DNA of 64,000 nt from contig DASYET010000028.1 of assembly GCA_036498815.1 (NCBI GenBank), positions 241 to 64,240 on the forward strand, given 5' to 3'. Source of the stretch: Bryobacteraceae bacterium. GTDB taxonomy: Bacteria > Acidobacteriota > Terriglobia > Bryobacterales > Bryobacteraceae. Under the pieces are notes generated by a model. The model was given only the letters and a program-made list of their open reading frames with translations. It searched no databases and was not told the origin of the DNA. Below are positions 23,965 to 33,535 of the stretch, piece by piece (position 1 is the stretch's first letter; each line of letters starts with the position of its first letter). The translations under genes were made by a program, and so were the position numbers.

Positions 23965-25131
23965 ATGAAAAAGAAGCTGGCGATCGGCATCACTTGTTAT
24001 CCCTCGATTGGCGGCAGCGGCATCGTGGCATCGCAGTTGGGGAGCGAACTCGCGAAGTTGGGGCACAAGATTCACTTCATCAGTTACGATCCGCCGTTCC
24101 GGCTCGACACCGGGCAGCCCAATGTCGAGTTCCACAAAGTCGAGATCAACGAATATCAGCTGTTCAAGTATCCGGATTACACGTTGCCGCTGGCGGTGAA
24201 GATGGTGACGGTGGCGCAGAAGTTCAAGCTGGACATTCTGCACGTGCATTACGCGGTTCCGCATGCGACGGCGGCTCTGCTGGCAACGGATATCGCGCGC
24301 AAGCAAGGGCAGCGCACGCCGCACGTGGTGACGACGCTGCATGGCACCGATATTTCGCTACTGGGCCGCGATCCGAATCTGCGGCCGATTATCAAGTATT
24401 CGATCGAGAGCTCCTGCGGGGTGACGGCGGTCTCAGAGAGTCTGCGCAAGGAAACCATGCAGGTACTGCGGACGAAGAAGCCGATCCAGGTGGTGCACAA
24501 TTTTTATCGTCCCGTGGCGCCGGGGCGGGAGCGGGCGGAAGTGCGGCGGTCGCTCAAAGTCAAGGACGGGGATTTTCTGCTGATCCACATGTCCAACCTG
24601 CGGCCCGTGAAGCGCGTGCCGGACGTGCTGCGGGTACTGGCGGCGGTGAAGGAGCAGAAAAACATCAAGCTGCTGATTCTTGCCGGGGGATCGTTCGACG
24701 AATTTCGTCCTCTGGCTCGCGAGCTGGGGGTTTTGGACCGCGTGCTGGTGCATCGGAATGTGGTGGACATCGAGAACTACATTCACGCGGCGGACGCGGG
24801 GCTGTACACGTCCGAGAAAGAAAGCTTTGGGATGGGCGTGCTGGAGACGACGAGCTTCGGCAAGCCGGTGGTGGCAACAGGCGTGGGCGGCGTATCGGAA
24901 ATCGTCGACGACGGGCGCACGGGATTCCTGGCGAAGCTCGGCGACGTGCGCGCGATGGCGGCGAAGGTGCGGAAGCTGGCGGCGGATCCGGAGCTGGCGG
25001 CGGAGATGGGCGCCGCGGCGGCGGCTCGGGCGCGGATGGAGTTTTCGGCGGAGAAGAGTGTCGGAAGGTATCTGGATTATTATTGCTCGGTGCTGGGCGG
25101 GTGTGGGTGTGGGGGAGGGAGCGGGCGCTAG
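23965..25131 (+). CDS. bshA: N-acetyl-alpha-D-glucosaminyl L-malate synthase BshA (GT4)
   Basis: KLAIGITCYPSIGGSGIVASQLGSELAKLGHKIHFIS, VTTLHGTDISLLG and EKESFGMGVLE are collinear with B. subtilis BshA (recalled sequence). I chose the start at M17. Confidence 0.9.
   Translation: MKKKLAIGITCYPSIGGSGIVASQLGSELAKLGHKIHFISYDPPFRLDTGQPNVEFHKVEINEYQLFKYPDYTLPLAVKMVTVAQKFKLDILHVHYAVPHATAALLATDIARKQGQRTPHVVTTLHGTDISLLGRDPNLRPIIKYSIESSCGVTAVSESLRKETMQVLRTKKPIQVVHNFYRPVAPGRERAEVRRSLKVKDGDFLLIHMSNLRPVKRVPDVLRVLAAVKEQKNIKLLILAGGSFDEFRPLARELGVLDRVLVHRNVVDIENYIHAADAGLYTSEKESFGMGVLETTSFGKPVVATGVGGVSEIVDDGRTGFLAKLGDVRAMAAKVRKLAADPELAAEMGAAAAARARMEFSAEKSVGRYLDYYCSVLGGCGCGGGSGR
25095..25125 (+). other. G-quadruplex-forming motif (7 G-tracts of 3 or more)
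   Basis: GGGCGGGTGTGGGTGTGGGGGAGGGAGCGGG read directly. It lies in the last 12 codons of bshA and encodes GGCGCGGGSG. Confidence 0.6.
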
Positions 25132-25219
25132 GTCTTCTACGACACAGTCGGGTTTGCCAGGAACAGTGCACTGATCGACAGTGTCTCCCCTAATGAAGGT
25201 TTCCTAGTCTGCGGGGATT

Positions 25220-25534
25220 GTGCGGATACTGTTTAAGAGTTGGCGGAATCCGTTAGACCTTTCGCTTGCCGCCTTTCATGCCTCCGCGCTGATAGTTCTC
25301 CTCGCAGCAAAAGAACCGCTTCCGGACGAGACAGTGCCGATGAAGTTCCTCATGATCGCAGACATCCCTGCAATCCTGGTCGCGAGTATGGCGTCCCTCC
25401 CCTGGTTCTGGATTTTCCGCGAAGACCAGCTCAGGCAATCTTGGTTTTCTGCTGCCGGATGGATGGGCTTCGGATCTCTACAGTGGTGGATGCTAGGCAC
25501 GTACTTCTATTCGAGACGAAAACCTATCCACTAA
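25220..25534 (+). CDS. small hypothetical membrane protein
   Basis: 104 aa with a GTG start (ATG at M41 is an alternative). Hydrophobic W-rich segments (IADIPAILVASMASLPWFWIF, AAGWMGFGSLQWWMLGTYF). It sits in a lower-GC patch. No homology recognised. Confidence 0.45.
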   Translation: MRILFKSWRNPLDLSLAAFHASALIVLLAAKEPLPDETVPMKFLMIADIPAILVASMASLPWFWIFREDQLRQSWFSAAGWMGFGSLQWWMLGTYFYSRRKPIH

Positions 25535-25631
25535 ACTGCCCGCTTTAACAGACGCCGATTCGAATCGCATTTCCGCGTTTCATCGCCGGATCAGAGTGTC
25601 GTTGATGGTCAGGGTGGTCCGCGGTGAGGAG

Positions 25632-26051
25632 TTAGATCTCCAGAAATGGATTTCTGATGCGGACACCGGCCAGCGTCGCGCCGTGTTGCAGATCCTCACT
25701 GTAGAGGAGGTCTGCGCCGGCCAGGCGGGCTGCGTGAACGATCATGGCATCCCAAAAGGAAATTCGATTCAGACGGTGGAGTTCGATGGCAGAGATGACG
25801 TCCGCTTCTACCAAGCGAACGACTCGGGCGCGCGCCAGCAGCTGAACTTTTTGTTGCGCGGTGTCCGGATCGACGCCGAGTTTCCGGGTGGCGCCGACGA
25901 AGTATTCCTGCAGGACTTGAAGTGAGAGGACCAAGCGGCCAGCGCGTTGGTGCTCCGTGATGAGCTGAATCGCGCGCGACTGCTTGGCGGGCGCGGAGAG
26001 GTCGTCGGCGTAAAGGAAAATGTTGGTGTCGAAGAAGGCCGGGCGGTTCAT
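25632..26051 (-). CDS. vapC: PIN-domain toxin VapC
   Basis: FFDTNIFLYA (first acidic residue), LSLQVLQEY, FWDAMIVHAA and LYSEDL are PIN acidic-quartet contexts. The gene overlaps the upstream antitoxin gene. Confidence 0.9.
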   Translation of the reverse strand: MNRPAFFDTNIFLYADDLSAPAKQSRAIQLITEHQRAGRLVLSLQVLQEYFVGATRKLGVDPDTAQQKVQLLARARVVRLVEADVISAIELHRLNRISFWDAMIVHAARLAGADLLYSEDLQHGATLAGVRIRNPFLEI

Positions 26052-26275
26052 CGGCGCTCGTGCAGTTCATCGCGGTTAATCTTCCAGCCGCGGGAGTCTC
26101 CGCGGGCGAGATGGGAGAGCCGCTCAAACTCGGCGGCGTCCTCTTTGGGATCGGATTTTCCGGCGAGTTGTTCGAGATAGTCGCGAACCAGTTGGTTGAC
26201 GCTCGTCCCCAGGACTTCGGCGCGGCGGCGTGCTCGACGGACGACTTCGTCGTCGACGGAGAGAGTCACGTTCAT
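26048..26275 (-). CDS. vapB: ribbon-helix-helix antitoxin (VapB-like)
   Basis: 75 aa. MNVTLSVDDEVVRRARRRAEVLGTSVNQLVRDYLEQLA is an RHH/CopG fold signature. The stop overlaps the vapC start (ATGA). Confidence 0.8.
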   Translation of the reverse strand: MNVTLSVDDEVVRRARRRAEVLGTSVNQLVRDYLEQLAGKSDPKEDAAEFERLSHLARGDSRGWKINRDELHERR

Positions 26276-26284
26276 GCATACATT

Positions 26285-26300
26285 TTACGTGCGCACGTAA
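26285..26300. promoter_or_regulatory. 16-bp perfect palindrome TTACGTGCGCACGTAA (candidate VapB operator)
   Basis: Read directly. It starts 10 nt upstream of the vapB start codon. RHH antitoxins typically autoregulate via palindromes in this position. Confidence 0.5.
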
Positions 26301-26358
26301 CCCGTGTCCAGGCTGCCGCAGGCTGAGATACCCCGCTGTTCGTGTATCCTGAAAACTT

Positions 26359-27180
26359 ATGTCCCTTCTTGAGGTGATTGTCCTGGGGATTGTCCAGGGG
26401 CTCACCGAATTTCTGCCGATCAGCAGTACCGCGCACCTGGTAGTGTTTTCGAAGCTCTTCTTTGGGAACGACCCGGGGCTGGGGTTCGACATTGCGCTGC
26501 ACATGGGCACGCTGGCGGCGGTGCTGATTTATTTCTTCCGCGATTGGCTCCAGATCTTGGGGAACGGGATCGGGCTGCGGCTGGGCGGGGATCCGGCGCT
26601 GGACCGGAATCGGAATCTGCTGTGGCTGCTGGTGCTGGGGACCATCCCGGCGGGCATTGCGGGGCTGGTGTTCCAGAAGCAGGCCGACACGGTGCTGCGG
26701 ACTCCTTATGTGATCGGGACGACCATGATCGTGGTCGGGCTGTTTCTGTGGTGGGCGGACCGCATCGGTCGCGGGCAGAAAGAAATGGACCATGTGTCGA
26801 TGGTGGATTCCATCAGCGTGGGCCTGGCGCAGATGCTTTCGGTGATTCCGGGCGTATCGCGGAGCGGCATCACGATTTCGGCGGGACTGCTGCGGAATCT
26901 GGACCGGGCGACGGCGGCCAAGTTTTCGTTCCTGCTCTCGACGCCGATTATTTTGGGTGCGGGGGCGAAGGACGCCTGGGATCTGCTGAAGCACAAAGAC
27001 ACGATTCCGCCGGACATGCAGATCGCCTTTATCGTGGGCATTCTGGTGAGCGCGATCACGGGCATCGCGACCATCGCGTTCTTCCTGAATTACCTGCGCA
27101 GGCGGTCCTTTACGGTGTTCGTCGCGTACCGTGTGATTTTTGGCATAATGGTAATCGCTCTGGCCAAGTACTTCCGCTAA
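26359..27180 (+). CDS. uppP: undecaprenyl-diphosphate phosphatase
   Basis: GIVQGLTEFLPISSTAHL and IPGVSRSGITISAGL are canonical BacA/UppP motifs. Confidence 0.95.
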   Translation: MSLLEVIVLGIVQGLTEFLPISSTAHLVVFSKLFFGNDPGLGFDIALHMGTLAAVLIYFFRDWLQILGNGIGLRLGGDPALDRNRNLLWLLVLGTIPAGIAGLVFQKQADTVLRTPYVIGTTMIVVGLFLWWADRIGRGQKEMDHVSMVDSISVGLAQMLSVIPGVSRSGITISAGLLRNLDRATAAKFSFLLSTPIILGAGAKDAWDLLKHKDTIPPDMQIAFIVGILVSAITGIATIAFFLNYLRRRSFTVFVAYRVIFGIMVIALAKYFR

Positions 27181-27187
27181 GCGGAGG

Positions 27188-29626
27188 ATGAAGTTATTAG
27201 GACCGACTGAACGCCCGCGGCTCAATGAAGCCGTGGCGGTGGTGATGCTCGTCGCCGGGATCTTTCTCTTCCTGGCGCTCGCGTCGTACCATCCGTTTGA
27301 CCCTTCGCTGAATACTGCCTCCCTGGCGGTGAAGCCCGTGAACCTCACGGGCCGCCTGGGCGCGTTCTTCGCGGATGTGCTGCTGCAAGCCTTTGGGCTC
27401 GCCGCGTACGCCTTTCCCGTGTTGATTTGCGCGCTGGGCTGGAAGTGGGTGACTTCATCGCCCGTGGAAGCTCCGTGGGTGAAAGTGTGCGGGGCCATCC
27501 TGCTGACGGAAGCCAGCTGCGCCGCACTGGGGCTGATTCCCGATTGGCGGCCGATCTCCGGCGTGATTCCCGCGGGCGGAATGCTGGGGATGGTGCTGGC
27601 GGACTTCCTCAACGCCACCATGAATCTGACCGGAGCGATCCTGATCACGGCGGCGTGCTGGATCGTCTCGCTCTACCTGGTTTCGACCTTTGAGATGGCG
27701 AAGCTGGCCGAGTGGTTCCGCGCTCCGCTCCGGATGTTCTCCGGGCTGATCGCGCGCTTGGGCGCGTGGAGAGAAGAGTATGCGCGGCGCGCGCACATGC
27801 GGGCACAGGCCCGATTGCTGAAGAAGAATGCGGCGGCAGAAAAGGCGGCAGCGAAGGCCGAGGCGAGGGCGGCCGGTGCCGTCGCGGTCAGCAACATGGA
27901 AGTGACGCCGACGGAATCGCCGCTGCTGGAACTGGCGAAGGCGGTGACGCCCACTCCGAAGGCTCGTCGCGCGGCGGCTGCTGCGGCGGCCGCCGCGATG
28001 TCTCCGGCCGCGCCGATGGCTCCGGAGATCGAAGATATTCCCATCCGCATTCTGGAAGCCGCGCCGCCTCCGCCGGAGCAGGTGTTTGCGCACCCGCTGG
28101 AGCCGGTGTCTGCGGAGACGGGCCGCGAAGAAACGCGCCGGCGGCGGGCCGAGTTCCGCATTCCGCCGACGAATCTCTTGCAAGAGGCGCAGGGCCGCAG
28201 CGAGTATGACACGCAGGAACTGAAGGACATCGCGGTCCGCATCAAGAGCAAGTTCGAAGAGTTCAACGTGCTGGGTTCGGTGACGCAGATCAATCCCGGA
28301 CCGGTGGTAACGACCTTCGAATTCAAACCAGAGGCCGGCGTGAAGTATTCGCGCATCACCACGCTGACCGAGGATCTCTGCCTGGGGCTCCAGGCCGAAT
28401 CGATCCTGATTGAACGGATTCCGGGCAAGCCCACGGTGGGCATCGAGGTACCGAACTCGAAACGCGAGGTCATCAGCCTACGCCAGATTCTGGAGTCGGA
28501 GGAATTTGGAGGGTCGGCTTCGCCGCTCACCGTGGCGCTCGGAAAAGATATCAACGGACGCATCAAGGTGGCGGCGTTGGATACGATGCCCCACATGCTG
28601 ATCGCGGGCTCCACCGGATCGGGCAAGAGCGTGATGCTCAACTCGCTGATCATGTCGATTCTGTACAAGGCGACTCCGTCGCAGGTGCGGCTGATCATGG
28701 TGGATCCGAAGCGGCTGGAGTTCGGGTTGTATGAGGGCATTCCGCATTTGCTGACGCCGGTGATCACGGACGCGAAGAAGGCGACGTATGCCTTGCGGAA
28801 CGCCGTGCTGGAGATGGAGCGGCGCCTGAAGCTGCTGGCGTCGCAGGGCGTGCGGAACATCGAACAGTACAACAAGAAAGTCCGCCAGATTCAGGCGGAG
28901 CCGCGGAGCTTGTTCGAAGAAGAATCGCTTGAAGAACCGCTGGAACAGATTCCGTACATTTTGATTTTGATCGATGAGCTGGCGGATTTGATGATGCTGG
29001 AGCGGGCGAACGTCGAGGAGAGCGTCACTCGGCTGGCGCAGATGGCTCGCGCGGTGGGCATGCACCTGGTGCTGGCAACGCAGCGGCCCAGCGTGGACGT
29101 GATCACGGGTTTGATCAAGGCGAACTTTCCGTCGCGGATCAGCTTCCGTGTGGCGACTCGCGTGGACTCGCGGACGGTGCTGGACGTGATGGGCGCGGAA
29201 CATCTGTTGGGCAAGGGCGACATGCTGTTCCTGCCCCCGGGATCGTCACGGCTGGTGCGCGTACACGGATCGTACGTGAGCGAAGCGGAGACGAATCGGG
29301 TCGTCGACTTCTGGAAGGAGCAAGCCGCGCCCGAGTACGATCAAACGTTCCTGATTCCGCCGCCTTCGGATGAAGATGAGGAAGGCGAGGAATTCGAGGG
29401 TCCCGAAGATCCGATGTATCAGGAAGCGGTGCGCGTGGTGTGCGAGATGGGCAAGGCCTCGACGTCCACGTTGCAGCGGCGGCTGCGTCTGGGCTATGGC
29501 CGCGCGGCACGGATTCTCGACATGATGCAGCGTGACGGAGTGATCGGTCCGCCGGATGGCAGTCGTCCGCGCGACGTGCTGAAGCGGCCGGATTGGCTGG
29601 AGGAGATCGCGAGTCAAGTAAAATAG
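27188..29626 (+). CDS. ftsK: DNA translocase FtsK
   Basis: N-terminal TM helices and an A/P-rich linker. Motor domain (HMLIAGSTGSGKSVMLNSLI, LILIDELADLMM, ATQRPSVDVITG). Gamma wHTH domain (ASTSTLQRRLRLGYGRAARILDMM). Confidence 0.95.
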   Translation: MKLLGPTERPRLNEAVAVVMLVAGIFLFLALASYHPFDPSLNTASLAVKPVNLTGRLGAFFADVLLQAFGLAAYAFPVLICALGWKWVTSSPVEAPWVKVCGAILLTEASCAALGLIPDWRPISGVIPAGGMLGMVLADFLNATMNLTGAILITAACWIVSLYLVSTFEMAKLAEWFRAPLRMFSGLIARLGAWREEYARRAHMRAQARLLKKNAAAEKAAAKAEARAAGAVAVSNMEVTPTESPLLELAKAVTPTPKARRAAAAAAAAAMSPAAPMAPEIEDIPIRILEAAPPPPEQVFAHPLEPVSAETGREETRRRRAEFRIPPTNLLQEAQGRSEYDTQELKDIAVRIKSKFEEFNVLGSVTQINPGPVVTTFEFKPEAGVKYSRITTLTEDLCLGLQAESILIERIPGKPTVGIEVPNSKREVISLRQILESEEFGGSASPLTVALGKDINGRIKVAALDTMPHMLIAGSTGSGKSVMLNSLIMSILYKATPSQVRLIMVDPKRLEFGLYEGIPHLLTPVITDAKKATYALRNAVLEMERRLKLLASQGVRNIEQYNKKVRQIQAEPRSLFEEESLEEPLEQIPYILILIDELADLMMLERANVEESVTRLAQMARAVGMHLVLATQRPSVDVITGLIKANFPSRISFRVATRVDSRTVLDVMGAEHLLGKGDMLFLPPGSSRLVRVHGSYVSEAETNRVVDFWKEQAAPEYDQTFLIPPPSDEDEEGEEFEGPEDPMYQEAVRVVCEMGKASTSTLQRRLRLGYGRAARILDMMQRDGVIGPPDGSRPRDVLKRPDWLEEIASQVK

Positions 29627-29633
29627 GAGTTTC

Positions 29634-30155
29634 ATGCTGAAGAAACTCCTGGCTATTACCCTGCTGGCTGCGGCGGCGCTTTCCGCGAAGGAGCCGCGTC
29701 CAGCCTCCACGCTCGGGATCCCGGTGCCGGCGGGAAAGAAGTTCCATTTTCAGGACTACGCGGGCAAGGTGGTCCTGTTCGTGATCTTCTCCACCGAATG
29801 CAAGGATTGCATTGAGGCGCTGAACATGGTGAACACCATCCAGAAGGAGTACGCGCCGCACGGATTCCAGGCGCTTGCCGCGGCGGGCGACGACAACGCA
29901 CAGTATCTGGTGGAACCCTTCGTCCAGCGATATAAACTGACGTTCCCGGTCGGCTTCTTGACCCGAGATGAAATGATCAAGATCGGAGACATCCCCTTGG
30001 ATAAGCGTCCCACGGCTCCGATTTTCCTGTTCATTGACAAGCGCGGCATCGTACGGTTTCAGTATTACGGCGATCATCCGTTCTTTAAGACCGCGAACGG
30101 CACGACGCACTCCATTATCGAAGGACTGCTGAAGGAACCGGGCGGAAAGAAGTGA
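29634..30155 (+). CDS. periplasmic thiol-disulfide oxidoreductase (TlpA/redoxin-like)
   Basis: Signal peptide, then a thioredoxin fold with a CKDC active-site CxxC in the context VVLFVIFSTECKDC. Confidence 0.8.
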   Translation: MLKKLLAITLLAAAALSAKEPRPASTLGIPVPAGKKFHFQDYAGKVVLFVIFSTECKDCIEALNMVNTIQKEYAPHGFQALAAAGDDNAQYLVEPFVQRYKLTFPVGFLTRDEMIKIGDIPLDKRPTAPIFLFIDKRGIVRFQYYGDHPFFKTANGTTHSIIEGLLKEPGGKK

Positions 30156-30183
30156 CGCAGGTCCGCGGCGCGTTCTAAACTCC

Positions 30184-31704
30184 ATGCGCGCGTCCCTGGT
30201 GGGTCGGCTTTTGATACCTCTGGTGCTGGCAGCGGCCTGTGCCGCGTTACTGCTCCAGAAGACCGACCTCAGCATCGTGGATCTGGGCCGTCATTTGAAG
30301 AATGGCGACGTGCTCCTGCACGGCACCTGGGCGGAGAAGCAAGCCGTACTGCACACGAACTTCTATTCGTATGCGCAGGGCGAGTTTCCATTCGTGAATC
30401 ATCACTGGCTCTCCGGGGTGGTGTTCTATTTGGCCTGGCGCGCGGTGCATTTCGAAGGCTTGACGATTTTGTATTTCGCGCTGGTGGCGGCGTCCTTGAT
30501 CGTGATGTATCTGGCGGTGCGGCGGGCGTACGGAACTGCCTTCGCGGCTCCGCTGGCGGCGCTGGCGATCCCTCTGCTGGCATGGCGCTACGACGTCCGG
30601 CCGGAGGGGTTCACGTATTTGCTCACCGCCGTGTTCTACTCCGTGCTGCTCGCATGGCGGCAGGGCTTACTTTCGGACAAGTGGCTCTACGTGCTGCCCG
30701 CGCTGATGCTGCTATGGGTGAATCTGCACATCGGCTTCGTGTTCGGCTTCCTGCTGATCGGTTTCTTCGGACTGAAATCCGCGAACTATGGGAGGAAGCT
30801 CTGGCCCGCCGCCGGGCTCTCTGTTTTGGCGGCGCTGCTGAATCCGAATCTGCTGGCGGGGCTGCTTTATCCCTTGAACATTTTTCGCAACTACGGGTAC
30901 AGCGTCGCGGAGAACCAATCCATCGCGGGATTGGCGGGCCGCGGCATGGCCGGCGCTTGGGAGTACACGTTTTTCTACTGGATGCTGGCCGTGGCGGCGG
31001 GGAGCTTTGTGCTCCGATGGTTCGTGAAGAAGCCGGGCAGCGAGAGCCGGATTCCGGAGGGGCTGCTGCTGGGCGCGGTGGCTTTTCTTGCGTTCAACGC
31101 CGTCCGCAATCTTCCGTTGTTCGCGCTCCTGATGATTCCGGTGGTGGCGGGGAATCTGCACGACGTGCTCTCCGCGGGAAAGACCCTGCTGAATTCCACA
31201 TACATGCGGATCGGATCGGCGGTTGTGTTTGGGATCGGACTCCTCTATGCGGGCCAGCAGTACGAGGAGAAACAGCGAAACTTTGGAATCGGATTGCGGG
31301 ATGGAGTGGAGGCCACGATGGACTTCCTCCACACGAACCGTGTCGGCGGCCCCTGGTTCAATGACATCGATAATGGCGGGTATTTGATCTTCCATTCGCA
31401 AGGGGTCTTCGTGGACGGGCGTCCGGAAGCGTATCCATCGGGATTCCTGGAAAAGAGTTACATCGGCGCCCTTTCCGACGACGCGGCGTGGCGCGAATTG
31501 GATGCCCAGCATCACTTCAATGCGATCGTCTGCTCGCTGGAAGATGGTTTCCCGCCGATCGAGAGATTTCTGATCGCGCGTGCGCACGATTCCGATTGGG
31601 CGCCGGTCTATACGGACTCCTACAGCCTGGTCTTTGTCCGCCGGACGGACGCAAACGCCGACGTGATTCGAGCCCACGAAATCCCGCAATCGCAGTTTCG
31701 CTAA
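30184..31704 (+). CDS. large polytopic membrane protein, GT-C-like putative glycosyltransferase
   Basis: 506 aa with about 11 TM helices in the N-terminal 330 aa and a soluble C-terminal domain. The topology resembles GT-C/DUF2029-type enzymes; the function is inferred only. Confidence 0.75.
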   Translation: MRASLVGRLLIPLVLAAACAALLLQKTDLSIVDLGRHLKNGDVLLHGTWAEKQAVLHTNFYSYAQGEFPFVNHHWLSGVVFYLAWRAVHFEGLTILYFALVAASLIVMYLAVRRAYGTAFAAPLAALAIPLLAWRYDVRPEGFTYLLTAVFYSVLLAWRQGLLSDKWLYVLPALMLLWVNLHIGFVFGFLLIGFFGLKSANYGRKLWPAAGLSVLAALLNPNLLAGLLYPLNIFRNYGYSVAENQSIAGLAGRGMAGAWEYTFFYWMLAVAAGSFVLRWFVKKPGSESRIPEGLLLGAVAFLAFNAVRNLPLFALLMIPVVAGNLHDVLSAGKTLLNSTYMRIGSAVVFGIGLLYAGQQYEEKQRNFGIGLRDGVEATMDFLHTNRVGGPWFNDIDNGGYLIFHSQGVFVDGRPEAYPSGFLEKSYIGALSDDAAWRELDAQHHFNAIVCSLEDGFPPIERFLIARAHDSDWAPVYTDSYSLVFVRRTDANADVIRAHEIPQSQFR

Positions 31705-31847
31705 CCGGTACGCGGAGGCGGGATGGAACTGGGGTACCAGAACTTTCCATCCGTGAGAGCGGTGCAAGATCCAGTACCGAATCCCATCTAATGTTCCATT
31801 TGGGCCTACGGGTTCCAGGAATATTCTTCTAGTACGAGGACGCACCG

Positions 31848-32078
31848 ATGAAAAAGTTTCTGATCCTGTGGCTGTCTGTGATTTTTGCGAAGTACGCCGT
31901 GACCGGTCTCATCTACTCTTCGGCTCCCGCCGGCATGGTGACGATTTCCTACAGCAAGAGTTCGATTGCCTTGACCGTGGCGCTGATCGCGATGCTGGTT
32001 TACACGACCGTCCGATCGCGCCGGTCTGCAATTCAGGTCCGCACGCAGGAAGTGGCCGCGCATCCGGTCGCGGCGTAA
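31848..32078 (+). CDS. small two-TM membrane protein
   Basis: 76 aa. GAGGA lies 7 nt upstream of the ATG. Two hydrophobic helices (FLILWLSVIFAKYAVTGLIY, IALTVALIAMLVYTTV). It sits in a lower-GC patch. Confidence 0.5.
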   Translation: MKKFLILWLSVIFAKYAVTGLIYSSAPAGMVTISYSKSSIALTVALIAMLVYTTVRSRRSAIQVRTQEVAAHPVAA

Positions 32079-32104
32079 GCTCGCGCCCCCACTTCCGGGG
32101 CTTC

Positions 32105-33535
32105 TCAGAGCTCGAACGTGATGCCTTGCGCCAGAGGCAGCTCGCCCGAGGAGTTGACCGTGACGGTCTGGCGCCGCATGTAAGCTTTCCAGGAATCGCT
32201 GCCGGATTCGCGCCCGCCGCCGGTTTCTTTTTCTCCCCCGAAGGCTCCGCCGATCTCGGCTCCGCTGGTCCCGATGTTCACGTTGGCAATGCCGCAATCG
32301 CTGCCTCGGACACTGAGGAATGTTTCCGTGGAGCGGAAATCATTGGTGAAGATGGCGGACGACAAGCCCTGCGGAACGTTGTTGTGCATGGCGATGGCTT
32401 GTTCGAGCGTGTCGAATTCGATCAGGTGAAGGATCGGCGCGAAGATTTCTTCCTTAAGGATCGCCATATCGGCGTGCGACTTCATTAGCGCCGGTTCGAC
32501 GAAGCAGCCGTGCAGGCGATTGCCTCCATAGAGCAGCTCGCCGCCCTGCTCGCGGATCTGCACCAGACCGCGTCGCATGCTCTCAACGGCCGCTTCGTCG
32601 ATCAGCGGGCCCATGAGAGTGGAGGGATCGAGAGGATCGCCGATGCGGACTTGTTTGTACGCGGCGATGAGTCTCGCGGTGATGCGCGGGGCGATGCCGC
32701 GTTGCAAAAACAAGCGTCGAAGCGACGTGCAGCGCTGGCCCGCTGTGCCCACCGCGGCGAACAACGCCGCGCGCACGACGAGATCCGGGTCGGCGTCGTC
32801 CATGACGACGACTCCGTTGTTGCCGCCGAGTTCCAGAAGCGTTCGGCCCAATCGCGCGGCGACGACGGGCGCGACGCGCTTGCCCATGCGGACGGAGCCC
32901 GTGGCGCTGATGAGGGGGAGGCGCGGGTCGCGAATCATGCGCTCGCCGACGATGTGGTCCTCGCCGACAACGAGTTGGAGCACGCCTTCCCAGCCGTGGC
33001 GCGCGAGCACGGCGTTGCAGATGCGGTGCACTTCGACGGCGGCCAGCGGTGTCTTGAGCGACGGCTTCCAGATCACGGTGTCGCCGCACACCATCGCGAT
33101 CAGTGCGTTCCAGCTCCACACGGCGACGGGGAAATTGAACGCGGTGATCACGCCGATGGGTCCCAGCGGATGCCACTGCTCATACATGCGGTGGCCGGGG
33201 CGCTCGCTGGGCATGGTGAGGCCGTACAGCTGTCGCGAAAGTCCGGCGGCGAACGTCGCGACGTCGATCATCTCCTGCACCTCGCCGCGGCCCTCGGCGA
33301 GGATCTTTCCGCATTCGAGCGTGACGAGCTTGCCGAGCTCATTCTTCGCTGCGCGGAGCGCCTCTCCGATTTCGCGGACGATTTCGCCGCGCCGCGGGGC
33401 GGGGAAGAGGCGCCAGCGTTCGAAGGTCTGCGCGGCTTGCCACGCCGCCTCGTCGTACTCTTCCTCTTGGGCGAGTTTCACGCGGCCCAGTTCGGCTCCG
33501 GTGGCGGGATTATAAGAAACGATCTCGCTGCTCAT
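32105..33535 (-). CDS. NAD-dependent aldehyde dehydrogenase, ALDH7/piperideine-6-carboxylate dehydrogenase-like
   Basis: ITAFNFPVAVWSWN, VIWKPS, ELGGNN and GTAGQRCTSLRR (catalytic Cys) are present. The N-terminal region resembles the alpha-aminoadipic semialdehyde dehydrogenase type. Confidence 0.93.
   Translation of the reverse strand: MSSEIVSYNPATGAELGRVKLAQEEEYDEAAWQAAQTFERWRLFPAPRRGEIVREIGEALRAAKNELGKLVTLECGKILAEGRGEVQEMIDVATFAAGLSRQLYGLTMPSERPGHRMYEQWHPLGPIGVITAFNFPVAVWSWNALIAMVCGDTVIWKPSLKTPLAAVEVHRICNAVLARHGWEGVLQLVVGEDHIVGERMIRDPRLPLISATGSVRMGKRVAPVVAARLGRTLLELGGNNGVVVMDDADPDLVVRAALFAAVGTAGQRCTSLRRLFLQRGIAPRITARLIAAYKQVRIGDPLDPSTLMGPLIDEAAVESMRRGLVQIREQGGELLYGGNRLHGCFVEPALMKSHADMAILKEEIFAPILHLIEFDTLEQAIAMHNNVPQGLSSAIFTNDFRSTETFLSVRGSDCGIANVNIGTSGAEIGGAFGGEKETGGGRESGSDSWKAYMRRQTVTVNSSGELPLAQGITFEL

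Noticed and set aside
23928-25193. 421-aa alternative-frame ORF overlapping bshA
   Set aside because: Its translation is G/R/A-rich and low-complexity, while the 23965..25131 frame is collinear with BshA.
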